A stretch of 64,000 bases of DNA from an uncultured bacterium (GTDB lineage: Bacteria > Krumholzibacteriota > Krumholzibacteriia > LZORAL124-64-63): contig CAVSZB010000005.1 in assembly GCA_963732385.1 (NCBI GenBank), positions 369,922-433,921 of the forward strand. Reading direction: 5' to 3'. Numbering within the stretch: position 1 is the stretch's first letter; each line of letters opens with the position of its first letter. Shown piece after piece: positions 9,963 to 20,808 of this stretch. A program made the translations under genes and the position numbers. Under the pieces are notes generated by a model that worked only from the letters and a program-made list of their open reading frames with translations, was not told where the DNA came from and ran no database searches.

Positions 9963-11742
9963 TGCCCCTCCCAATAACTCCGTCCGCCCCGCCTCCGGCC
10001 GGGCTTGGAACCTATCTGCTCCCGGGCACCTCGCTCATCTTGATGCCCAGGGCTTTGGCCACACCCTCGCCGTAGGCTCGATCGGCCTTCAGGCAATTGC
10101 CGATGTGGCGAACCTTAATCTCTTTCGGCGCGTCGCCCATCGCGCGGGCAGTGTTCTCGAACAGCACTTTCTGCTGGTCAGGGCCCATGATCCGGAAAAG
10201 GTCTCCGGGCTGGGAGTAGTAGTCATCGTCGTCCTCGCGATGGCTCCAGTGGCCGGCGGTGCCGCCGAGCGCAAGCGCAGGCTCGCGGAAGTCGGGCTGC
10301 TCCTGCCACTCACCATAACCGTTGGGCTCGTAGCCGAGAGTGCCACCGTAGTTGTCGTCCACGCGCATGGCGCCATCGCGATGGAAACCGTGAACCGGGC
10401 AGCGAGCGCGGTTGACCGGAATGAGATGGTGGTTGACGCCGAGGCGGTATCGCTGGGCGTCGCCATAGGAGAAAAGCCGACCCTGCAGCATCTTGTCAGG
10501 GGAGAAACCGATGCCAGGCACGATGTTGGCAGGGTTGAAAGCCGCCTGCTCGACCTCGGCAAAGTAGTTCTCGGGGTTCTTGTTGAGTTCCATGACGCCC
10601 ACGTCGATGAGCGGATACTGCTTGTGCGGCCAGACTTTCGTCAGATCGAAGGGATTGAAGGGGAACTTGTCGGCGTGCTTCTCCGGCACCACCTGGATCT
10701 TCACATCCCACTTGGGGAAATCGCCCTTCTCCAGCGCGTCGAACAGGTCGCGCTGGTGACTCTCCCTGCACTTGCCGATAACCGCCTCGGCCTCCTGGTC
10801 GGTGAGGGTCCTGATCCCCTGCCGGGTCTTCAGATGGAACTTGACCCAGAACCGCTCGTTTTGGGCGTTGATCAGGCTGTAGGTGTGGCTGCCATAGCCG
10901 TTCATGTGGCGATAGGAGTACGGGATCCCCCGGTCGCTCATGGTGATCGTAACCTGGTGCAGCGCCTCCGGAAGGTTGGTCCAGAAGTCCCAGTTGTTGC
11001 GGGCGCTGCGCAGATTGGTCCTGGGGTCGCGTTTCACCGCGTGGTTGAGATCCGGGAACTTGAGCGGGTCGCGCAGAAAGAAGACGGGCGTGTTGTTGCC
11101 CACGAGGTCCCAGTTCCCCTCTTCGGTGTAGAACTTCATGGCGAAACCGCGGATGTCGCGCTCAGCGTCAGCCGCACCGCGTTCGCCCGCCACGGTTGAG
11201 AAGCGCACGAAGAGGTCGGTTTTCTTGCCGACAACCGAGAAGAGCCTGGCCTTGGTGTACTCGGTGATGTTGTGCTTGACGGTGAAGGTGCCAAAGGCGC
11301 CCGAGCCCTTGGCGTGCATGCGGCGCTCGGGAATCACCTCACGATCGAAGTGGGCGAGTTTCTCCAGGAACCAGACGTCCTGCAGCAGCGCCGGCCCGCG
11401 CGGACCAGCGGTCATGATGTTCTGGTTGTCTACAACGGGGGCTCCGGCATTGGTGGTCAGCTTCTTCTTCGCTGTCATGCCTTTCTCCTGTTCTTGCCTT
11501 GCGGAATGTTGGGGTGATTGGTGAGATGTGCCTCCCGGATTTTCCGTCCGACTTTGGAGCATCGCGGACATCGCGGGGCTCCTGGATTCAAACTGACCCA
11601 CTACCGCGAATTCGCCCTGCCTAACGGCGCCCTCCGCCACCAGCTCGAGGTCTGTCCCGCGACAACTAATTGTGCCGGTCACAGCTCTGGCAGGGAGGCC
11701 GGTCCACTTTCCGGAAACGGCTGGAAGTTTCTGGCAGGAACA
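9963..11742 (+). mobile_element. Putative non-autonomous IS481-like element carrying catalase
   Basis: Left end TGCCCCTCCCAATAACTCCGTCC (9963) matches the 30698 left end at 18/23. Right end GGAAGTTTCTGGCAGGAACA (11723-11742) matches the 32007 right end at 16/20. Confidence 0.55.
10012..11478 (-). CDS. katA: Monofunctional heme catalase (small subunit)
   Basis: [15 protein letters not shown] proximal active site and [14 protein letters not shown] heme-ligand motif. Start [12 protein letters not shown]. Confidence 0.95.
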   Translation of the reverse strand: MTAKKKLTTNAGAPVVDNQNIMTAGPRGPALLQDVWFLEKLAHFDREVIPERRMHAKGSGAFGTFTVKHNITEYTKARLFSVVGKKTDLFVRFSTVAGERGAADAERDIRGFAMKFYTEEGNWDLVGNNTPVFFLRDPLKFPDLNHAVKRDPRTNLRSARNNWDFWTNLPEALHQVTITMSDRGIPYSYRHMNGYGSHTYSLINAQNERFWVKFHLKTRQGIRTLTDQEAEAVIGKCRESHQRDLFDALEKGDFPKWDVKIQVVPEKHADKFPFNPFDLTKVWPHKQYPLIDVGVMELNKNPENYFAEVEQAAFNPANIVPGIGFSPDKMLQGRLFSYGDAQRYRLGVNHHLIPVNRARCPVHGFHRDGAMRVDDNYGGTLGYEPNGYGEWQEQPDFREPALALGGTAGHWSHREDDDDYYSQPGDLFRIMGPDQQKVLFENTARAMGDAPKEIKVRHIGNCLKADRAYGEGVAKALGIKMSEVPGSR

Positions 11743-11791
11743 GGCAGTGAAGCTAATCTGAGGCCTCCCTCTGCAAGCCCACGCGCCCCGT

Positions 11792-13576
11792 TCATCTCAC
11801 GAGACTTAACCGCACCCCCTCCACCTTCCCCCCCGCTACCAGCCGGGCCAGGTAGCTGCCCGAGGGCGCGGAGCGGCCCGTGGCGTCTGTTCCATCCCAA
11901 ACCGCCTCGTAGCTTCCCGCGGCCCGTTCCCCTTCTGCGAGGACCTTCACCAGCCGCCCGGCGACGTCGTAGACCGCCAGCCGCACGCCCCCCGCTGCCG
12001 CCAGGTCGAAGCGGATCGTGGTGCGGGGATTGAAGGGGTTGGGAGCGTTCTGGTGCAGGCGCGCCCCAGCGAACGTGGCGCCCCGCCCGGGCACCGGCGT
12101 GGCTTCGAGGCGGATCGAGAAGTCAGCCACGCGCGGGGCGTGGTCGCTCGCAACGGGGATATCGGTGGCGACCAATCCGTTGGCCGTCACCGTGGCCGGA
12201 AGCATGGTGCGCGTCTCCAGCACATAGTGGTTGTGCAGGATCAGGGCGCTGTCGGTGTAGAAGATCCAGTCGAGCAGGCCCGGATAGAACGTGCTGGTGT
12301 CGCTGCGCCAGGTGTAGCTGCCACGGCCGTCCGGGTGCCGTGACGGGGGCACGGCGAACGGGCCGCCATCCCAGTCCGGCGCCGCGTCGGCGCCCCAGGC
12401 GACCTGGTCGATGATGTTGCCGGTCAGGATCGTATCGAGCTGCTGGCGCCAGCCCACCAGGTTCATGTCGCCGGCGACGACGAACGGCGTGCCTGGCGGC
12501 AGCGTGATGGCCCCGCCGGGCGTCTTCGCGTCGCGCAGGAAACTGATGATCGCATCGGCCTCGATCTGGCGGGCGGCATCAGCGGTGCAACAGCGCAGGT
12601 GACAGCCGATGAACAACAGGTCGGTACTGGACGAAGGGCCCGGATCCAGCAGTACGGCAGTCTCGCGGTAGCCGGGGTTGAACTCCCAGGTCTGCAGGAT
12701 CGGAAACCGGCTGCAGATCACATTGCCGCCGTCCACGCCCACGGCATACCACTGCTCGCCCGGACCGCTGGGCAGATGCTGCTCGAGCTTCGCCGCGACC
12801 TGGGCCGCCGAGTGGCTCCACACCTCGCACACCAGGAGGACGTCCGGGTCGATCGCGTCGAGGATGCGGTTCTGCGCGAGTTCGGCCGTTCCGCCGCTGA
12901 AAAGGCCGTCGTCGATGACGTTCCAGCTCGCCACCCGGATGTGGGCGGGATTGCTGCGCCCGAGCGGCAGGGTGGGCGCCACGTCGCTGCCGGCGGTGAA
13001 CGTGTAGCCGATGCTCCCGGAATCGGGCGCCTTGTCGCCTGAGGTGGCGTCGCGCAGGATGAAACGCACCGCACCACCCGCCATCAGAGTGGCCCCGCCC
13101 GCGGGCACCGCGCTACGGCGCAACGCGATCTCGAACTCGTGGTTACTGACGGTCGGGCCCATCTGCAGCCCGATGTTGTCGTGGTACACCGTATAATTCG
13201 TGCCGGACGGACGGAACACGCCGTTGCGCAGGCCGAACTTCCAGTACAGCTCGGCGCCGATCCCGCCGTACGCGGCGCCGGTCGCCGCGTCAAGGTCCGT
13301 GTCCAGGTACAGCTCCATCGACTGCTGCTCGTCCGGCTGCACGTCGCCGGTCACCTCGAAGCGGATGTACAGGTAGTCCTGGTCGTTGGCCACGGAGACC
13401 GCGCCGAAGTCAACGGTTCCGCCATCGCCGAGCGCGTCCGTGTAAGACGGAACCACTTCGGCCCAGTCGCCGAAATAGCCGTCCAGCTGGATTGGCGCCA
13501 GGCCGGCGGACGCCGGCAGGACACCGACCAGCGCAAGGGCGGCCACAACCAGGAAGGTGCGTGAAGGACGCGGCAT
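11792..13576 (-). CDS. Secreted endonuclease/exonuclease/phosphatase-family protein with C-terminal FlgD Ig-like module
   Basis: Signal peptide. EEP motifs [30 protein letters not shown]. Tail [16 protein letters not shown]...VRLSLVR. Confidence 0.85.
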   Translation of the reverse strand: MPRPSRTFLVVAALALVGVLPASAGLAPIQLDGYFGDWAEVVPSYTDALGDGGTVDFGAVSVANDQDYLYIRFEVTGDVQPDEQQSMELYLDTDLDAATGAAYGGIGAELYWKFGLRNGVFRPSGTNYTVYHDNIGLQMGPTVSNHEFEIALRRSAVPAGGATLMAGGAVRFILRDATSGDKAPDSGSIGYTFTAGSDVAPTLPLGRSNPAHIRVASWNVIDDGLFSGGTAELAQNRILDAIDPDVLLVCEVWSHSAAQVAAKLEQHLPSGPGEQWYAVGVDGGNVICSRFPILQTWEFNPGYRETAVLLDPGPSSSTDLLFIGCHLRCCTADAARQIEADAIISFLRDAKTPGGAITLPPGTPFVVAGDMNLVGWRQQLDTILTGNIIDQVAWGADAAPDWDGGPFAVPPSRHPDGRGSYTWRSDTSTFYPGLLDWIFYTDSALILHNHYVLETRTMLPATVTANGLVATDIPVASDHAPRVADFSIRLEATPVPGRGATFAGARLHQNAPNPFNPRTTIRFDLAAAGGVRLAVYDVAGRLVKVLAEGERAAGSYEAVWDGTDATGRSAPSGSYLARLVAGGKVEGVRLSLVR

Positions 13577-13792
13577 GCAGGACACGGCTTCCCCTTCTCG
13601 GCCAGCTTCGGGATCATGAATCCGCAATTCTATCACAGCCTCCCCCATGAACGGGGAGATTCACGAACCGGGACGCTCCTGCGTTAGCGCCTCGCGTCAC
13701 CTTCTGTATCTTGGCAGACATGGTTCCGGCGTGTCGGTACCGACCGTGCGCCCACAATCCCTCGGGCTATCCGTCCGACGAAAGGTCCAATC

Positions 13793-14275
13793 ATGAAGAA
13801 GGTAGCGGACATCGTGAAGGTCGCCATCGAGAACGAGGTCAAGGCGAAGGCGTTCTATGCCCGGGCGGCGCAGATCGCAAGCCAGGGCGAGTCGCAGATG
13901 GTCTTCCTGGAATTCACCGAGATGGAAGATGGGCACGCCAGGCTGCTTGTGGACCGTTTCGGCCCCCTGCTGCTCGCGGACGGCACTGAGCCTCGGCCGT
14001 TCCTTCAGCGGCTCGAGGACACGGTCGTCAACCTGCCTGCCGGCGAGGAATTCGCCCTCATCGAGCGCGGCGAGATGCGCCTGGTCATCGAGTTTGCGAT
14101 CGGCATGGAAGCGCGCGCCCGTGATGCCTACCGCACCCTCGGCGCGCAGCTCACCGACCCCGACCTGCAGGCCCTCTGCGAAGATCTGGCGCTGGAAGAG
14201 CAGAAGCACCATGATACGCTGCGCACCTTGCGCGTCTCGGTCGATACGGAGATCGAGGACCGTCCGGCGCTCTAG
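13793..14275 (+). CDS. Ferritin/rubrerythrin-like diiron protein
   Basis: Duplicated AIxxExxA..FY...ExxH motifs (EMEDGH, EEQKHH). Confidence 0.85.
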   Translation: MKKVADIVKVAIENEVKAKAFYARAAQIASQGESQMVFLEFTEMEDGHARLLVDRFGPLLLADGTEPRPFLQRLEDTVVNLPAGEEFALIERGEMRLVIEFAIGMEARARDAYRTLGAQLTDPDLQALCEDLALEEQKHHDTLRTLRVSVDTEIEDRPAL

Positions 14276-14279
14276 CCCA

Positions 14280-14535
14280 TGTCCCTGCCCGTAGCTCTGT
14301 CGGGGGGGCCGGGCGGGCACGGACCCTTCAGGGGATGGACGGCTCCCCACTCCCCGTGGCCTGGAGAATGTCAGGGGCACCAGGGCGCCATCATTCAGCG
14401 GCCCGATCGGGTCGTGTCCGCCATTGAATCGGCCCAAATACTGTTCTACTCTCGCGTCGATCGGTCCCTGTGCCTTTAGCTGAGCCGTCCAAAACCCGCT
14501 CCCATTGCGACGGATGTGTTTTGGGGACAGGCACA
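14280..14535 (+). mobile_element. Putative MITE of the IS481-like family (no gene)
   Basis: Begins TGTCCCTGCCCGTAGCTCTGTC and ends GACGGATGTGTTTTGGGGACAGGCACA, resembling the other left and right ends. Confidence 0.45.
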
Positions 14536-14570
14536 ACTACTGGGTCGGCACAGAGGTGGAAAGCGGTAAC

Positions 14571-15266
14571 ATGGCGGGATTGATTCTTCTGCTGGCCGTG
14601 GTCCTGGCGTCCTATGTGGGCGTGAGGGCTGGCGCCGTCGCCCTGGAACTCACCGGCATGAGTCCCGAGAAGGCGCGCTTCCAGGCTCTTTCCGCCTTCA
14701 CGAACACCGGATTCACAACCACGGATGCGGAAGACGTCGTGAGTGTGCCGATCCGCCGCAAGATCATCTCGTTCCTGATCATTCTGGGGCACGCCGGGAC
14801 AGTTTCAGTCATGGCCACTCTGGCGACATCCCTCCTTCAGCGCGATTTCTACCACTTTAGCCTCAACGTCCTGATCCTCGCCGCCGCCCTTTTCGGATTC
14901 TACCGGCTCGCTCAGTCGCAGGGAATCACCAGCCGCATGAGCCGCCTGCTGCGCCGCTGGATTCGCCGCCGCTACCATATCGAGGTTCCCGCGGTGGACG
15001 AGCTGCTGAACATTGCCGAAGGGTTCGGTGTCGTGCGGGTGACGCTGGATGCCCAATCCCCATTTTTAGGCAAGCCGCTGCGGGAATTGGATCTGAAGGC
15101 CCGCAAGATCCAGATCCTCTCCATATCCCGCTCAGGCGAAGTCACTGCTGTTCCGAAAGGAGACTCCATTCTGGAGCCTGGCGACCAGGTGATTTGCTAT
15201 GGCAGCGTGTCAGCGATCGAAGAGTCCTTGCGAAGTGTGTCGACGGAAACCCGGCCCGGCAGTTGA
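14571..15266 (+). CDS. TrkA C-terminal (RCK_C) domain membrane protein
   Basis: ARFQALSAFTNTGFTT pore-like motif, TM helices, C-terminal GKPLRELDL...LEPGDQVICYG. Confidence 0.85.
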   Translation: MAGLILLLAVVLASYVGVRAGAVALELTGMSPEKARFQALSAFTNTGFTTTDAEDVVSVPIRRKIISFLIILGHAGTVSVMATLATSLLQRDFYHFSLNVLILAAALFGFYRLAQSQGITSRMSRLLRRWIRRRYHIEVPAVDELLNIAEGFGVVRVTLDAQSPFLGKPLRELDLKARKIQILSISRSGEVTAVPKGDSILEPGDQVICYGSVSAIEESLRSVSTETRPGS

Positions 15267-15299
15267 GCGGCGGCGGGGCTCGTCGGGTTCGGGTGTAAT

Positions 15300-15425
15300 T
15301 TAAGATCTTCCTTCCGCTTCTCGCCAGCAGCGATGATGCAGGCCGCCGAGCACGATCACATGGTCGAGACACCCCCGCCGGATCGAGCCGGTCACCAGCT
15401 CATATTACCCATTCTACCCCGGCTA
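15300..15425 (-). pseudogene. Internally deleted remnant of the integrase-core transposase
   Basis: Minus strand reads CLDHVI...LGGLHHR, matching ECLDHMIV and RGLHHRY of the gene at 30793. Confidence 0.6.
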
Positions 15426-15692
15426 CGCAGTGACGTTGAGGCAGGCGTGCAGGACATGTTTCAACCTGGGGCGCCACGCTATGGTCGCCTGGACGTAAGT
15501 GCAGCCGAGGCAAAACGGACGAAGTAATCAGCAGGCACAACGCCGCCAAGCAGTCCGGACGCGACCGCCTGGTCGCCGCTCAGGCCAGGGCCTGAGCGGC
15601 CTGACCGCGCGGGCGCTCGCGTGACCCGGGATTATCCTGCCCGGGCGATTATTGAGATTGCGCTAGCGCTTGCGGTGGACCAAGTTCCTGGC

Positions 15693-16094
15693 ATGGTAAT
15701 CCAGCACCTCGGCCAGGAAGTCCGTCGCCGGCGCCTTGAGGCGGGCATCACGCTGCGCGGACTCGCGCTGAAACTGGGTATATCGGCCGCGCATCTCTCC
15801 GATATCGAGCACAATCGCCGCCGTCCCTCCGAAACACTCCTCCAGAAGATAGCCGGTGAACTGCGGGTAGTCGGGGCGACGTTCGCCTCGCTCGAGATGC
15901 TCGTGACCGGGCTGGATCAGGAAACGCGCGAGTGGGCCGCCACGACCCCGGGCGCCCGCGCGGTGCTGCGCCGGGTGCTGGAATCGGGTCGCAGCCCCGA
16001 CGAAATCGTGCGCCTGCTGGACAAGGCCTTCGGGCGCATGAGCGCCGCGAAGGGCCGGAAACCGGGCAACGCCGCGCGGAAGCGCAAGGGCTGA
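15693..16094 (+). CDS. XRE-family HTH regulator (paralog 1)
   Basis: LRGLALKLGISAAHLSDIEHNRRRPS. Confidence 0.85.
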   Translation: MVIQHLGQEVRRRRLEAGITLRGLALKLGISAAHLSDIEHNRRRPSETLLQKIAGELRVVGATFASLEMLVTGLDQETREWAATTPGARAVLRRVLESGRSPDEIVRLLDKAFGRMSAAKGRKPGNAARKRKG

Positions 16095-16175
16095 CGCGCG
16101 AACATCGGACCCGCCCCTTCCCGCCCATTCTCTCGAGTCAGCAAACCCGCAGCGGGCGGCTTGTTATTGTTAGCA

Positions 16176-16189
16176 ATGTTAGCTAACAT
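16176..16189. promoter_or_regulatory. Perfect 14-bp palindrome, likely XRE operator
   Basis: ATGTTAGCTAACAT in an AT-rich patch, 7 nt before the ATG of the second XRE gene. Confidence 0.5.
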
Positions 16190-16196
16190 GATATGC

Positions 16197-16574
16197 ATGA
16201 GCACCACGAGCCTGAGCCTGGAGATTCGGCGACTGCGGGAACAGTCGGGTTTCACCCTGCGCGGGCTTGGGGCGCTGCTGGGGGTCTCGGCCTCGCATCT
16301 GTCGGACATCGAGCACGACCGGCGCCGTCCTTCGGAAAGGCTCCTCAGGGGAATCGCGCACGAGCTGCGGGCGACCGGCACGACCTTCGAGGCGCTCGAG
16401 GTGCATCTCACCGGGATCGACGCCGAAACGCTCGAATGGGCCTCGGCCACGCCCGGCGTCCGCATGCTGTTCCGCCGGTTGCGCGAATCGGGCCTACGCC
16501 CTCTGGAGTTGCTGCGCACCCTCGAGAAAGCTCTTGCCCGCCTGGGCCGCGGCAGGACGCGGAATGGACGCTGA
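16197..16574 (+). CDS. XRE-family HTH regulator (paralog 2)
   Basis: LRGLGALLGVSASHLSDIEHDRRRPS. Closely paralogous to 15693-16094 (shared EWA.ATPG.R). Confidence 0.85.
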   Translation: MSTTSLSLEIRRLREQSGFTLRGLGALLGVSASHLSDIEHDRRRPSERLLRGIAHELRATGTTFEALEVHLTGIDAETLEWASATPGVRMLFRRLRESGLRPLELLRTLEKALARLGRGRTRNGR

Positions 16575-16987
16575 GCGGGCCGGCGTCGTCGCATGACCCG
16601 CACGGCCGGGGAATGGCTTCGTCGTCACCTTCAGGTTCCACCCGCAGCGAGGCGCTCCCGCCGTGCGCCTAACCCGCCCGGCGGGCAGGCCGCTCGCGGA
16701 GACCGGCCGGCTCACGACTGAATTGGCCCCACGTCAAACGCACTTGATCTTCGGTGCGATCCCGACGCAATGACCCTCTCCGACCGCGACTGCGCGCTTT
16801 CCTCCGCCCCCCGTTCCCCCGATGGACCGCCAGCCGGCGAACGCAGCCGCCGGGTGCCGGAATATCGCTGGAGCACTGCGATTGTACGCGGTGTATGCTT
16901 ACATCACATACACAACGGCAGCAGGCCGAGGCTCGCGGTCCATCGACATCCGCAGCGGGACCGCGAGGAGAACCAGGGGGCGAAGTC

Positions 16988-17347
16988 ATGAAAGCGACCC
17001 TGACGAGCCTGAAGCGCCGCGAGGAACCGGGTCTGCGGGTCTATCTGCGGACTATCGCGCGGTACCCCTCGCTGACGCCGGCGGAGGAATCCCAGCTGCT
17101 GATCGAGATCCGGGGGGGCGCCCGCGAGCCGCTCGACGCGCTGATCAACGCGAACCTGCGCCATGTGGCGGGTATCGCCGGGGAGTTTCTCGACCGGGGC
17201 CTGACCTGCCTGGACCTGATCGCCGAAGGGACCGTGGCGCTGATCCGGGCGGCCAGGCTATTCGACCCGTGCAGCCTTTCCTCCTTCGCTCAATTCGCGG
17301 ATGGCCGGATCCGGCTGACGATCCTGGATGCGATCGTCGCCCTGTGA
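16988..17347 (+). CDS. Short sigma-70-like protein (regions 1.2 and 2 only), possibly truncated
   Basis: LRVYLRTIARYPSLTPAEE (region 1.2), LINANLRHV...DLIAEG...AARLFDP (region 2). No region 3 or 4. Confidence 0.7.
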   Translation: MKATLTSLKRREEPGLRVYLRTIARYPSLTPAEESQLLIEIRGGAREPLDALINANLRHVAGIAGEFLDRGLTCLDLIAEGTVALIRAARLFDPCSLSSFAQFADGRIRLTILDAIVAL

Positions 17348-17468
17348 ACGCGTTGGGCACGTCGTGGCGTTGCGCGTCGCCTTCTCGGCCGTGACGATCT
17401 TCCCCTGCGGGTACTTTGCCTCGACGGCCGCCTTCACGGGCGCGGGCAGACTGGCTGGCTCGACCCCC
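17344..17468 (-). pseudogene. Fragment of a PepSY-like periplasmic protein, cut at a mobile-element end
   Basis: SLPAPVKAAVEAKYPQGKIVTAEK. The 5' part is replaced by the TGT end at 17469. Confidence 0.5.
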
Positions 17469-17615
17469 TGTGCCTGCAAATAACTCCGTCCGCCCTGCCC
17501 TGGTTGCAGTTACGGCCAGCAGAGAATGCCCGGACCACCTCGCCTCCCGCGCCAGCGGCGAGCCTCGGGGGCGCAGGTCATTTAGCGGGAGAATCCCGGG
17601 ACGCTTCCCCTTCAC

Positions 17616-17636
17616 CCCCGCGCTGGTCGATTCGGG
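17616..17636 (+). repeat. Dispersed repeat CCCCGCGCTGGTCGATTCGGG, copy 1 of 4
   Basis: Same core at about 25671, 28938 and 33398, all in the same orientation. Confidence 0.85.
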
Positions 17637-17649
17637 ACAGGGGGGCTAC

Positions 17650-18460
17650 CTATGAGTTCGTCAAGCGTGTTGTGACCTCCCTCTGCATCTTCTTGTCTTT
17701 CGCGAGATTGCCCGACGCGTTGGCGATCCGGGTTCGCGTACGGCGGTTGTTGGCCGCGGCGCGGCGCTCGCCGGGCGAGGCATCGCGCAGGGCTGGCAGT
17801 CCGGCCTCGGCGTAGACCTCCTCGATGGTCTGTGGGATCACGCGGGCGCGGGGGCGATCGGTCGACACCTTCGACAACTTGATCCGTGTCCGGGGCAGGG
17901 GCGCGTATCGGTACGGCTCGCGCTTGGTGAGGAGCTGCCAGACGACGTGGATGAGCTTACGCGCCAATGCGGTGACGGCGACGTTGTGACCGCGCTTGTG
18001 AAGAACGCGGTAGTAGGTGGCCGCCAGGGGCGAAGAGCTCCGCGCCAGGACCTGGGCGGCCTCGATGGCGAGGGAGCGACCGGTGCTGTTGCCGGCCTTG
18101 GTGATGCTGCCGTGGAAGCAGCGGTCGGCCGACTGCCGGACGCGCGGGACGAGGCCGAAGTAGGAAGCCAGCTTCTGTGGCGACGGAAAGCGTTGGATGT
18201 CGTCGATGGCGGCGAGCAGGCCGATGGCCACGATGACATCGATACCGGGGATAGTCATCAGGAGCTTGGCTGACTCGGAGATCGTGGCGTGGCGGAGAAG
18301 TTGTTCGTCGACCCCGGCAACGCGGATCTCGATCTGCTCGAGGAGATCGAGTGCGTTGTCGAGCATGAACCGCTCGGCGGGCAGGAGCGCCAGTTCCCGC
18401 ATCCAGCGGCGGGTCTTCAGGGCAAAGGGCGTCCAGCCTGCCGGAAGAGGGATGAGCCGA
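17650..18460 (-). pseudogene. IS110-family transposase, 5'-truncated
   Basis: LMTIPGIDVIVA...SYFGLVPRVRQSA...GSITKAGN...VTALARKL (Transposase_20 domain). The N-terminal DEDD domain is absent. TTGAC...CATAG-type end beside the stop. Confidence 0.85.
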
Positions 18461-19505
18461 GCGCTGGGAAGCGCTATTCGGGCCCTATGCCTCCACCGGT
18501 CTGACGCCAGCCCGAGTTGCGCGAAGTGATCGCGGCGGCGCGCTTGTCCTCACGGCGACCGGTATTTCACGAGCCAAGCCCTCCGTCCGCCTCCTCAAGG
18601 CGGCGACTGGCCCCGGCGACCTGCCGGCGGTCGGAGATTGGGTGGCCATCCAGATGGCGCCCGATCTGGACGTTGCTCAGATGGACGCCGTGCTTCCGCG
18701 CACGAGCGTGCTCGCGCGCGGCGACGCGGGAAGGACTTCGAACCTCCAGGTGCTGGCGGCCAACATTGATGTTGTGTTCATCATCCATCCCATCGATGAC
18801 CAGCCGAACTTGCGCCGCATCGAACGCGAATTGTCCCTCGCCTGGGAGTCAGGCGCTGTCCCCGTGGTGGTGCTCACCAAGGCGGATCTTTCCAGCGATG
18901 TCGAATCGGCCCGAACTGCGGTCGAGTCCGCGGCGGTCGGCGTGGATGTTCTCGTTGCCAACGCACTCGCTGCGCAAGGTCTCGAACCGCTCCTCGCCCG
19001 TATCTCTCAACATCGCACCGCCGTGCTCATCGGCCCATCGGGAGCCGGGAAGTCCACCCTCATCAACGGGCTGCTCGGGGAACAGCGGCAGGCCACTCGC
19101 GAGGTGCGCTTGAGTGACGGACGCGGGCGACACACGACCGTGGCGCGCGAGCTGATCCAGGTGCCTCGCGGCGGCCTGCTCATCGACACGCCCGGCCTGC
19201 GTTCTCTCTCCCTGACAGGATCAGAGACAGGCATCGCTTCGACCTTCCCCGATATCGACGGTATCGCGCGTTCCTGCCGGTTCAGAGATTGCGCCCATAT
19301 GGACGAGCCCGAATGTGCGGTGCGAGACGCAATCGCCTCTGGCACGCTGTCCGCCGACAGATTGAGCAGCTACCACAAACTCATCCGCGAAGCACAAATC
19401 GCGACGGCGAAGTCGGATTCCCGCCTCCGGGCCGAGGAAAAGCGCAAGCAAAGGATCTTCGGCAAGACAGTCAAGAACTTCCACAAGAAGACGGGGCGCA
19501 GTTAG
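18459..19505 (+). CDS. rsgA: Ribosome small subunit-dependent GTPase A, start apparently lost
   Basis: VLTKAD, GPSGAGKST, GRHTT, IDTPG, CRFRDCAHMDEPECAV. The frame stays open upstream of 18642 (ERWEALF...PAVGDWV) up to a TGA at the IS110 junction. Confidence 0.85.
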   Translation, partial: ERWEALFGPYASTGLTPARVARSDRGGALVLTATGISRAKPSVRLLKAATGPGDLPAVGDWVAIQMAPDLDVAQMDAVLPRTSVLARGDAGRTSNLQVLAANIDVVFIIHPIDDQPNLRRIERELSLAWESGAVPVVVLTKADLSSDVESARTAVESAAVGVDVLVANALAAQGLEPLLARISQHRTAVLIGPSGAGKSTLINGLLGEQRQATREVRLSDGRGRHTTVARELIQVPRGGLLIDTPGLRSLSLTGSETGIASTFPDIDGIARSCRFRDCAHMDEPECAVRDAIASGTLSADRLSSYHKLIREAQIATAKSDSRLRAEEKRKQRIFGKTVKNFHKKTGRS

Positions 19506-19640
19506 CGCCATGGTCTGTGCTTCCGGTCCTGCGCCAATGGGGCGAAGCCGCGCATCGACCCGGCTCGATTCGCCCGCCAGCTGTTCGCGAAGCACCGGCT
19601 GTGCCTCGCCCCGTGCGATCATTCAAGCTCCCCGTCCCGC

Positions 19641-20747
19641 TCAGCGCACAAGACTTAACCGCACCCCCTCCACCTTCCCCCCCGCGACCAGTCGGGCCAG
19701 GTAGCTGCCCGAGGGCACTGCCCGGCCTGCCGCATCTCTGCCGTCCCAAGCCGCCTCGTGGCTGCCCGCCGCGATTTCTCCCTCTACGAGGACCCGGACC
19801 AGCCGCCCGGCGACGTCGTAGATGGCGAGGCGGACATGACCCACTGCTGGCAATTCGAAGCGGATCGTGGTGCGGGGGTTGAAGGGGTTGGGATGATTCT
19901 GCAACAGACGCGGCGCGGTCAGCAGAGGCGTTCCGTCGGAGATGCCAGTGGGGAGGCCGGGAAAGGCCCCCGATTCCGAGGTCCAGGTAACGCCCGGAGT
20001 GACCTGGAGGTGGGTGATCTTCAGGCCGTCAGTGAAATCGAAGTCCCCGGCCCCGGTCACGTAGCCGTCGTCCGTAAGGTAAGCCACGGACCAAGTAATG
20101 CCGGAGTTGATCGACGCGTACAGCGTATAGCTGTATTCCCGTTGGCTGGCCAGCGTAGTTCCCGGCAGGACCATTTGCACGGTGAGCAGAAAGGGTTCGT
20201 CGATCTGAATCGTGCCCGCCTCAGTGATGCCCACCTCCTGCAGCCCCGTATCGAAAACCTGGGAATACAGGGAAACCCGGCAACTGACCCGGGATCCTGC
20301 CCCGACATCGGAGACGACCGTGCCGGTCGCCCGGCCCCCGATGGAGACCTGCACACCGTCGGGGTAGTATCCGGCGGGAACGGTGAAGATCAACTTGTCC
20401 CGGAACGCGATAGACACATCACTTCTACTGAGATGAATGTCACTGCTGGTGCCGCTGGGACCCGTCTGCGTACCGAGGGCATGGGCCCGGGAGCTGACCG
20501 TGGCGGTGAGCAGGTTGGCGTAAAACACCGCCGAACCGTAGTTCCCGAATCCGCCGAGCTTGGTGTAATCACCATCAACGTAGGTCTGGCCGGCGAGAAT
20601 TGCGTCGTCCATGAGGGGAATTCCGTCACTGTCCGCGGCGGAGACGTAGTAGTCGTAGATGACATCGTAAGCAACGGCCGGAGAGGCCAATACCCAGAGC
20701 AGGAACAGGACCCCCCCGATGCATGATTTAATACTTTCGTGTCTCAT
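19641..20747 (-). CDS. Secreted protein with unknown N-terminal domain and FlgD Ig-like C-terminal module
   Basis: AGGAGG RBS, signal peptide, tail [17 protein letters not shown]...VRLSLVR. Confidence 0.82.
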   Translation of the reverse strand: MRHESIKSCIGGVLFLLWVLASPAVAYDVIYDYYVSAADSDGIPLMDDAILAGQTYVDGDYTKLGGFGNYGSAVFYANLLTATVSSRAHALGTQTGPSGTSSDIHLSRSDVSIAFRDKLIFTVPAGYYPDGVQVSIGGRATGTVVSDVGAGSRVSCRVSLYSQVFDTGLQEVGITEAGTIQIDEPFLLTVQMVLPGTTLASQREYSYTLYASINSGITWSVAYLTDDGYVTGAGDFDFTDGLKITHLQVTPGVTWTSESGAFPGLPTGISDGTPLLTAPRLLQNHPNPFNPRTTIRFELPAVGHVRLAIYDVAGRLVRVLVEGEIAAGSHEAAWDGRDAAGRAVPSGSYLARLVAGGKVEGVRLSLVR

Positions 20748-20808
20748 GACATTCCTCCTGTGCGTAACAACAAGAATAACCGCCGGCTCTCACCCCGCCC
20801 TCGATCCC

